Source: Bacteroidales bacterium
GTDB lineage: Bacteria; Bacteroidota; Bacteroidia; Bacteroidales; B18-G4
Length of the DNA: 64,000 bases
Direction of reading: 5' to 3'
NCBI GenBank assembly: GCA_032250805.1
Contig: JAVVEM010000004.1
Location: 41,809 to 105,808, forward strand
Positions 57,516 to 64,000 of this stretch are shown here, piece after piece. The translations under genes were made by a program, and so were the position numbers. Below the pieces are notes generated by a model, which saw only the letters and a list, made by a program, of their open reading frames with translations, was not told the DNA's origin and searched no databases. Each line of letters opens with the position of its first letter. Positions within the stretch are counted from its first letter, which is position 1.

Positions 57516-59087
57516 ATGAAAAAGATAAATTTAAGATTAATGGCATTGCTCCTTTCGGGAGTTGTAATTATGCTTAGCGGGTCAATCAGGGCCCAGGAAG
57601 GAATATCGAAAGAAAACAGGCAGGTTTCTGCTTTTACAGGTATTGATGTTGGAGGTGCCTTTGATGTGTATCTTAGCCAGGGCGAAGTTGCTGAAGTTGT
57701 TGTGGAAACAGAAACCGGTCACCTCGGAAATATTCGCACAATAGTAAATAACGGAAACCTGGAAATCTCATCAAAAGGGATAAAAAATTCAGATAAGCTG
57801 AATCTTTATGTCACTGCACCGGCAATAGACCGCATCGACATTCATGGGGCAGCTTCACTGGAAGGGATGACCCCACTCAGGGGTGAGCATCTGAAAATAA
57901 AAGCCAGTGGCGCTTCCAACAGCAAACTTGAATTGTACTATGATCGGCTTGATACCGATGTTTCGGGTGCTGCCAGCCTGGTGCTTACAGGCGAGTCGCC
58001 GGATTATTCCAGCAAGGTAAGTGGCGCCGGTAAGGCCTATGCGGGCGGACTGATATCGAAAGTAGCAAGGGTAACCGTCAGTGGTGCAGGTAAAGCAAGC
58101 ATAAATGCCACAGAGGAGGTAATTTCCAATACCAGCGGAGCAGGAACAGTCGATCTTGCAACAAAACCTGAAAAACTTAGCATTGTTTCGGACGAGATCA
58201 TTGGCGAAAGAGAAAACCTCAATGTTTATACTACTCCGTATGGCGATACCACCAAGGTGAGAATTGCCGGCGTAAAAATTGAAGTGATCGAAGATGACAG
58301 TACGAGGATCATCCTGGGAAACCGTAAGATCACCGTTGACGACCATGGAAATGTAAAATGGTGCAAGGTGAAAAAACGCAAATTTAACGGCCACTGGGCA
58401 GGCGTTGAACTCGGTATCAACGGTTATTTGACAAAAGATTACGACATGAATTTTAAGCCGGAAGATGAATATCTGGACCTGCGCATGGAAAAATCAATGC
58501 AGGTAAACGTGAACATTTACGAACAAAATGTTGCACTGAGCAAAAAACAAAACTGGGGCATGCTCAGCGGTATAGGGATATCGTGGAACAATTACCGTTT
58601 CAATTCACCCACTACGCTCAATCACGATTCTGCGTATCTGATCGGATATCTCGACAAAGGAATTGATGTCAGAAAATCGAAGCTGGCCATTGCCTACCTT
58701 CAGGTTCCCCTGATCATTGAATGGCAGAACCATACCGTTCGCAAGATCAATTCATTCCATGTTGGTTTCGGGCTTGTTTTCGGAGCAAGGATGTGGTCGT
58801 GGCATAAGAAATACTACAATGAGCTTAACAAGGATTATATCTTAACACAATACGATCCGGCCACAGCAAATTATGTTGATCAAGGGGCCAGGAAATCGCC
58901 GGGCGAAAACAAGACCCGTATCAACGATGATTTTCACCTTCAGCCCTTCAAGGCAGATGCAACATTCCGCATAGGATGGGGACTCGTAAATCTTTTTGCC
59001 ACATATAACCTGATGCCTATGTTCAGAAACGACAAAGGACCCGAGTTGCATCAGTTTGCAGCAGGCATTACCTTATTGGGGTGGTAA
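57516..59087 (+). CDS. fusion of a DUF2807/GIN beta-helix domain and a C-terminal outer-membrane beta-barrel
   Basis: Signal peptide, then repetitive (V/I)SGA(G/A)(K/S) rungs between about residues 35 and 215 (HGAASLEG, ASGASNSKL, VSGAASLVL, VSGAGKAYA, VSGAGKASI, TSGAGTVDL). The last roughly 230 aa form amphipathic strands and end with an aromatic residue (TLLGW). Confidence 0.65.
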   Translation: MKKINLRLMALLLSGVVIMLSGSIRAQEGISKENRQVSAFTGIDVGGAFDVYLSQGEVAEVVVETETGHLGNIRTIVNNGNLEISSKGIKNSDKLNLYVTAPAIDRIDIHGAASLEGMTPLRGEHLKIKASGASNSKLELYYDRLDTDVSGAASLVLTGESPDYSSKVSGAGKAYAGGLISKVARVTVSGAGKASINATEEVISNTSGAGTVDLATKPEKLSIVSDEIIGERENLNVYTTPYGDTTKVRIAGVKIEVIEDDSTRIILGNRKITVDDHGNVKWCKVKKRKFNGHWAGVELGINGYLTKDYDMNFKPEDEYLDLRMEKSMQVNVNIYEQNVALSKKQNWGMLSGIGISWNNYRFNSPTTLNHDSAYLIGYLDKGIDVRKSKLAIAYLQVPLIIEWQNHTVRKINSFHVGFGLVFGARMWSWHKKYYNELNKDYILTQYDPATANYVDQGARKSPGENKTRINDDFHLQPFKADATFRIGWGLVNLFATYNLMPMFRNDKGPELHQFAAGITLLGW

Positions 59088-59111
59088 GATCCATCACAAT
59101 ATCCTGAATCA

Positions 59112-59148
59112 GGGAAGCAGTCGAAAACGATTGCTTCCCCTTTTTTTT
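59112..59148 (+). terminator. intrinsic terminator after the GIN/beta-barrel gene
   Basis: Stem GGGAAGCA (59112..59119) / TGCTTCCC (59132..59139), then C and T8. Confidence 0.85.
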
Positions 59149-59249
59149 GCTGCATCAAATGATGCAATACATTATTGTTATGTGATTATGGGCATTTAAT
59201 AAAAAGAACATCACCAGCTCAGGCAGGTCAGGCATGAATCATTTTTTTG

Positions 59250-59257
59250 TATCTTTG
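59250..59257 (+). promoter_or_regulatory. -7 box candidate for yebC
   Basis: TATCTTTGCA, 40 nt before ATG 59298. Confidence 0.5.
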
Positions 59258-59297
59258 CACTCCTGAAAAATAAGAAATCAACTAAATATACCATATC

Positions 59298-60038
59298 ATG
59301 TCAGGTCATAATAAATGGTCTACCATTAAGCGTAAGAAGGGCGCCAATGACGCCAAGCGGTCGAAGATCTTTTCAAAGATCATTAAAGAGATCACCATAG
59401 CAGTTAAAGAAAGCGGCCCCGACCCGGAAGGCAATCCAAGGCTAAGACTGGCCATTGCCAATGCAAAGGGTGCCAGCATGCCTAAAGATAATATCGAAAG
59501 GGCCATTAACAAGGGGAAAGATAAAGATTCAAGCAACTTTGTTGAATATACTTTCGAAGGCTATCTCCCGCACGGGATCGCAGCCTATGTTGAATGTACT
59601 TCCGATAATCAGCAACGCACCGTAAGCAATGTGAGGGCGATCTTTAATAAGTTCAGCGGAAACCTGGGTACAAACGGATCGTTAAGTTTCCTGTTCGACC
59701 GTAAAGGGGTATTTACTATCCCCCTGGGCAACCTCGATCAGGAAGAATTTGAATTGGAGATGATCGATGCCGGAGCGGAAGACATCACTGTTGAAGACGA
59801 CTTCATTACGGTAACAACTGCCATGGAAGATTTTGGCAGCTTTATGAAAAAGCTCGAGGAACTTGGTATCGAACCCGAAAACGCAGAACTGCGCCGCCTG
59901 CCAAAGGAAACTGTGAAACTCAACTTTGATGAAGCCCGAAAGGTAATGAAAATTATCGAAACCTTCGAAGAAGACGATGACGTTCAAAATGTGTTCCACA
60001 ACATGGAACTTACGGATGAACTGATTGAATCAATGTAA
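59298..60038 (+). CDS. yebC: YebC/PmpR-family DNA-binding transcriptional regulator
   Basis: Motifs MSGHNKWSTIKRKKGANDAKRSKIF and NPRLRLAIANAK. 246 aa. Confidence 0.9.
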   Translation: MSGHNKWSTIKRKKGANDAKRSKIFSKIIKEITIAVKESGPDPEGNPRLRLAIANAKGASMPKDNIERAINKGKDKDSSNFVEYTFEGYLPHGIAAYVECTSDNQQRTVSNVRAIFNKFSGNLGTNGSLSFLFDRKGVFTIPLGNLDQEEFELEMIDAGAEDITVEDDFITVTTAMEDFGSFMKKLEELGIEPENAELRRLPKETVKLNFDEARKVMKIIETFEEDDDVQNVFHNMELTDELIESM

Positions 60039-60063
60039 TTTAAAACCAGGATACATAAGGAAG

Positions 60064-60092
60064 GCAGCTTCGGATCAGAGGCTGCTTTTTTT
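60064..60092 (+). terminator. intrinsic terminator after yebC
   Basis: Stem GCAGCTTC (60064..60071) / GAGGCTGC (60078..60085) with one G-U pair, loop GGATCA, then T7. Confidence 0.75.
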
Positions 60093-60356
60093 ATATAAGA
60101 GCCATCTCCCTATGCATACCATTAAGCAAAAGCCCCACCATCGGTTTGCAAAATAATTTAAAATCCATATAAATTATTTATACAACCGGAAAATCCATAA
60201 GCCATCGTTTTATGTCTTAGTAACTGTATTTCAGCTTTTTGAGAATTTTACAGCAAGTCTTACTCTTTGGCCTTGTCTCTTATATTGCTGTATTATAATT
60301 ACTTGTGCTTTTCTATATATGTTAAAAGCTTCATTTTTATCTTACAAAAAATATGC

Positions 60357-60364
60357 TAATTTTG
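60357..60364 (+). promoter_or_regulatory. -7 box candidate for porin-acs
   Basis: TAATTTTG, 56 nt before ATG 60421. Confidence 0.45.
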
Positions 60365-60381
60365 TTTGCCTAATAAATTAA

Positions 60382-60399
60382 TTGTTAATTATTTAACAA
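60382..60399. promoter_or_regulatory. operator-like inverted repeat TTGTTAA-N4-TTAACAA
   Basis: Perfect 7-bp arms at 60382..60388 and 60393..60399, between the -7 box candidate and the porin ATG. The context is AT-rich, so a chance match is plausible. Confidence 0.3.
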
Positions 60400-60420
60400 A
60401 TGAATTTAAGCCAATAAAAG

Positions 60421-61662
60421 ATGAAAAAAGGATTACTCTTATCTATATTTACAGCCCTATGGGCGATTATTTCGATTGCGCAGGAGGAAAGCAAGTTCGG
60501 GATCCGCTTCAGTGGCTTTGTAAAAACCGACATGTTCTGGGATTCCAGGCAAACCATTTCGGCCCGCGAAGGGCACTTTCTGCTATTCCCTGCCAACGAA
60601 GAGTTAGATAAAAACGGTGAGGACGTCAATGCCAAACCCAATTTTAACCTTTTATCGATCCAGACCAGGCTGCGGGGAACGATCACCGGACCGGATGCAC
60701 TTGGAGCCAAAACTTCGGGTGTGATAGAAGGGGCTTTCTTCGGGCATACCAACGGTGACATCAACGGATTCAGACTGCGTCATGCCTTTGTAAAACTGGA
60801 ATGGACAAAAACCAGCCTCCTAATCGGGCAATACTGGCACCCTTTCTTTATCACCTCATGTTTTCCGGGGGTAGTTTCCTTTAACACAGGATCGCCCTTC
60901 ATCCCCTTTACACGAAATCCGCAGATCAGGCTAACACAATCTCTGGGTAAGTTCAAACTATTGCTGGCCGCTTCGTCGGAACTCGATTTTATCAGCACTG
61001 GCCCAAATGGCGACAGCAGGCAATATATCCGGAACAGTGCCATACCCACAATCAGTTTCCGGGCAGAATACGCAAGCACAAACAGCGCGAAAGACAGGGA
61101 ATGCCTCATTGGCTTCGGGATCAATTACAAGACATTGCTTCCGAGGCTGGAAACGGATTCGGCATTCAAAACCAATGAAACAATCAGTACACTAAGCGAA
61201 ACAGTATATTTCAAGATGAAGTTTCCGGCGCTCACGGTCAAACTTCAGGGTGTATACGCACAGGATCCATACAACTGGCTGATGATCGGCGGTTATGCCG
61301 TTGAGGAGATCACCAATCCTGCCAGGGACTTCAGAACCTACGTGCCCATTACTACTGCTTCGGGCTGGCTCGACATCCACAGCAATGGTAAAGTATGGCA
61401 GGTGGGGCTTCTTGCCGGCTACGCCAGAAATATGGGCGCAGGAAAAGATTTCAGGGGACCGACCTATCAGCGCGGTGCCAATATTGCTTACCTCTACAGG
61501 ATCTCACCCCGCTTTATATACAATGCCGGCAAATTCAGGATCGCTCCCGAGCTCGAGTATACCGTTGCCGCCTATGGCCAGGCACAGGCCGATGGCATTG
61601 TAGAAAACACGAAAGAAATAGGCAATCTCCGATTGCTGTTGGGTGTCTATTATTTTTTCTAA
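60421..61662 (+). CDS. putative outer-membrane porin (beta-barrel), substrate unknown
   Basis: Signal peptide MKKGLLLSIFTALWAIISIAQ, alternating strand pattern, and a C-terminal ...LLLGVYYFF typical of OMP insertion signals. It lies 55 nt upstream of acs. Confidence 0.6.
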   Translation: MKKGLLLSIFTALWAIISIAQEESKFGIRFSGFVKTDMFWDSRQTISAREGHFLLFPANEELDKNGEDVNAKPNFNLLSIQTRLRGTITGPDALGAKTSGVIEGAFFGHTNGDINGFRLRHAFVKLEWTKTSLLIGQYWHPFFITSCFPGVVSFNTGSPFIPFTRNPQIRLTQSLGKFKLLLAASSELDFISTGPNGDSRQYIRNSAIPTISFRAEYASTNSAKDRECLIGFGINYKTLLPRLETDSAFKTNETISTLSETVYFKMKFPALTVKLQGVYAQDPYNWLMIGGYAVEEITNPARDFRTYVPITTASGWLDIHSNGKVWQVGLLAGYARNMGAGKDFRGPTYQRGANIAYLYRISPRFIYNAGKFRIAPELEYTVAAYGQAQADGIVENTKEIGNLRLLLGVYYFF

Positions 61663-61717
61663 AATCGCATTCATTAAACATAAATAATTTATTCAACACT
61701 TAAAACTTATAACTATT

Positions 61718-63631
61718 ATGAAAAACAAAATCACCAGCCTGATGGAATATTTTCAGAAATACCAGGAAAGCGTTAACGATCCTGAGGGCTTCTGGGGAAA
61801 TATTGCAGAAGATTATATCTGGAGAAAAAAATGGGACAAGGTCCTTGACTGGAATTTTACCGAGCCGGATATCAACTGGTTTGTCAACGGTAAGCTTAAC
61901 ATTACCGAAAACATTTTCGAACGGAATCTTCCTCATCGTAAAGATCAGACCGCATTACTCTGGGAACCCAATAACCCCGAAGACCCGGCTATCAAGATCA
62001 CTTACGGTGAGCTATTCGAAAAAGTTTGCCAGTTTGCCAATGCATTGAAAAACCAGGGTGTAAAAAAAGGCGACCGAGTTGCCCTTTACCTGCCGATGAT
62101 CCTCGAGCTTCCGATCGCCATGCTGGCCTGTGCCCGAATTGGCGCCATTCACTCCATTGTCTTTGCCGGTTTTTCGGCAAACGCACTGGCCGACCGTATC
62201 AACGATGCTACCTGCAATATGGTTATTACTTCAGATGGCGGATTCCGCGGCACAAAAAGCATACCGCTGAAATCTATCGTTGATGAAGCAGTCGAAACCT
62301 GTCCTTCGGTTGACAATGTAATCGTATACAAGCGTACAGGCGAAGATATAAATTGGGTTGAAGGCCGTGATATCTGGTGGCATGATGCCATCGAAGGCAT
62401 GGACACCACCTGCGAAGCAGAAGAAATGGATGCCGAAGACACTCTTTTCATCCTTTATACTTCAGGTTCGACAGGCAAACCAAAAGGTGTTTTACATACC
62501 ACTGCCGGATATATGATTTTCGCTGAATACACATTCAAAAATGTTTTTCAATACAATGAAGGAGATATTTACTGGTGTACTGCCGATATTGGCTGGGTAA
62601 CCGGCCACTCTTACATTGTTTACGGACCGTTACTCACAGGAGCTGTTTCCGTGATGTTTGAAGGTGTTCCGACCTGGCCTGATGCCGGACGTTTCTGGGA
62701 AGTTGTGGAAAAACACAAGGTGAATCAGTTTTATACAGCCCCAACAGCCATTCGCGCCCTCATTTCACAAGGAAGTGCGTTTGTAACCAAATACGACCGC
62801 AGCAGCTTAAAGACTCTGGGTACCGTTGGTGAGCCCATCAACGAAGAAGCCTGGCGTTGGTACCACGATACTGTTGGTGAAGGACGTTGCCCCATTGTTG
62901 ATACCTGGTGGCAAACCGAAACCGGTGGTATCATGATCACTCCACTGGCAGGGATTACCCCTACAAAACCATCATTTGCCACACTGCCACTCCCCGGTGT
63001 TCAACCCATCCTGGTAGATAATGAGGGCAATGAGCTTAAGGGCAATGGTGTTGAGGGCAACCTTTGTATTAAATTCCCCTGGCCGGGCATGATCCGTACC
63101 ACTTATGGCGACCATGAACGCTGCCGTCTCACTTATTTCTCGACCTATAAAAATCTCTATTTCACTGGCGACGGAGCCAAACGCGACGAAGAGGGATACT
63201 ACAGGATCATGGGACGTGTTGATGACGTGATCAATGTTTCGGGACACCGTATCGGTACGGCCGAGGTGGAAGATGCTATCAACCAGCACGCCAAAGTTGT
63301 TGAATCAGCTGTTGTTGGATACCCGCACGAGATCAAGGGGTCAGGCATTTATGCTTATGTGATCTGCGATGAGCTCTCGGAAGATGAAGCGCAAACCATC
63401 GAAAAAGAGATCCGTGATACCGTAACCAAGTTTATCGGACCAATTGCGAAACCCGATATGATCCAGATCGTGAGCGGCCTGCCGAAAACGCGTTCCGGAA
63501 AGATCATGCGAAGGATCCTCCGTAAGATCGGCGAAGGTGATGCCACAAACCTCGGCGACACTTCCACGCTTCTTGATCCGGGCGTAGTTGAAGAGATCAT
63601 TGCCGGAGCAAAAGTTGAAGTAAAACGATAA
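61718..63631 (+). CDS. acs: acetyl-CoA synthetase (acetate--CoA ligase)
   Basis: 637 aa. Motifs YTSGSTGKPKGV, WWQTETGG, YFTGDGAKRDEEGYYRIMGRVDDVINVSGHR and PKTRSGKIMRR. Confidence 0.93.
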   Translation: MKNKITSLMEYFQKYQESVNDPEGFWGNIAEDYIWRKKWDKVLDWNFTEPDINWFVNGKLNITENIFERNLPHRKDQTALLWEPNNPEDPAIKITYGELFEKVCQFANALKNQGVKKGDRVALYLPMILELPIAMLACARIGAIHSIVFAGFSANALADRINDATCNMVITSDGGFRGTKSIPLKSIVDEAVETCPSVDNVIVYKRTGEDINWVEGRDIWWHDAIEGMDTTCEAEEMDAEDTLFILYTSGSTGKPKGVLHTTAGYMIFAEYTFKNVFQYNEGDIYWCTADIGWVTGHSYIVYGPLLTGAVSVMFEGVPTWPDAGRFWEVVEKHKVNQFYTAPTAIRALISQGSAFVTKYDRSSLKTLGTVGEPINEEAWRWYHDTVGEGRCPIVDTWWQTETGGIMITPLAGITPTKPSFATLPLPGVQPILVDNEGNELKGNGVEGNLCIKFPWPGMIRTTYGDHERCRLTYFSTYKNLYFTGDGAKRDEEGYYRIMGRVDDVINVSGHRIGTAEVEDAINQHAKVVESAVVGYPHEIKGSGIYAYVICDELSEDEAQTIEKEIRDTVTKFIGPIAKPDMIQIVSGLPKTRSGKIMRRILRKIGEGDATNLGDTSTLLDPGVVEEIIAGAKVEVKR

Positions 63632-63644
63632 CGAATCGAAATTG

Positions 63645-63680
63645 AAGCCTCCCGGGTCGAATGGCCCGGGAGCTTTGTTT
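63645..63680 (+). terminator. intrinsic terminator after acs
   Basis: Stem CTCCCGGG (63649..63656) / CCCGGGAG (63665..63672), extendable with one bulge, followed by CTTTGTTT. Confidence 0.7.
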
Positions 63681-63697
63681 AACTAAGCATTCAAACT

Positions 63698-64000
63698 ATG
63701 GAAAACAAAAAAGTAATGAACCGCTGGCTGGTGGTTGTTGGAGCCATCCTTATCCAGCTGGCTCTCGGAGCCATTTATGCCTGGTCGGTGTTTACACCAG
63801 ATCTTACTCAGGCCGGCTGGTCGAAGATGGAAACACAGGTCGTTTTCTCTGTTGGCCTGGCCGCATTTGCCTTGTTCATGGTATTTGCCGGAAAAAGACT
63901 TACTGCCTGGGGCCCCCGTAAGCTGTCAATTATTGGTGGCCTTGTTTTGGGACTGGGTTATGCCCTGGCCGGATTATTTGGCGGAACAAGCTTTTGGGCC
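63698..64000 (+). CDS. MFS transporter, oxalate/formate antiporter (OFA)-like, 3' end cut by window edge
   Basis: My translation from ATG 63698 is MENKKVMNRWLVVVGAILIQLALGAIYAWSVFTPDL...GKRLTAWGPRKLSIIGG... It is open to the window end and resembles the N-terminus of OFA/L-lactate-type MFS proteins. It is not in the ORF track. Confidence 0.65.
   Translation, partial: MENKKVMNRWLVVVGAILIQLALGAIYAWSVFTPDLTQAGWSKMETQVVFSVGLAAFALFMVFAGKRLTAWGPRKLSIIGGLVLGLGYALAGLFGGTSFWA

Noticed and set aside
1-64000. Mobile elements, prophage, defence islands or toxin-antitoxin pairs.
   Set aside because: None found. I recognised no transposase, integrase, recombinase, restriction, Cas or phage-structural motif in any ORF. 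Gene content and spacing are those of a conserved core region.

Overview
This window looks like a core chromosomal region of a Bacteroidota bacterium. The evidence for that is the many TAnnTTTG -7 promoter boxes a short distance upstream of start codons, two proteins with T9SS C-terminal sorting domains, and the uppS-bamA-skp-skp envelope cluster. I support 49 protein-coding genes, two of them cut by the window edges. One, a 55-aa 2x[4Fe-4S] ferredoxin, is missing from the ORF track. There is also one tRNA-Gln(UUG), several intrinsic terminators and two short tandem repeats.

Gene content is mostly housekeeping:
- lipid A steps (lpxK, lpxH)
- 2-oxoglutarate metabolism (korAB, ferredoxin, sucAB)
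- nadB and nadK
- outer-membrane biogenesis (bamA, two skp, an Omp85 paralogue)
- rimP-nusA-infB, lepA, rsgA, tilS and dprA
- spoT/relA-fur-purA
- acs

I found no transposase, integrase, phage, CRISPR-cas or recognisable defence genes. Five CDS appear to use TTG or GTG starts (lpxH, tilS, the Omp85-like gene, rsgA and a glycosyltransferase).

The most unusual items are:
- A translationally coupled tandem pair of GAPDH-family genes. The upstream copy is intact but lacks the catalytic cysteine and the phosphate-site residues. A third gap paralogue lies elsewhere in the window.
- A 280-bp repeat- and hairpin-rich intergenic region between lepA and an ECF sigma gene.
- An ECF sigma / anti-sigma / GIN-domain plus beta-barrel triad.
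- Ferredoxin-dependent and NAD-dependent 2-oxoglutarate oxidation systems placed head to head.
- A thioredoxin-fold lipoprotein without its CxxC motif.
- A tRNA-Gln and terminator leader in front of rimP-nusA-infB.

All functional calls rest on motif recognition by eye. No database search was run.
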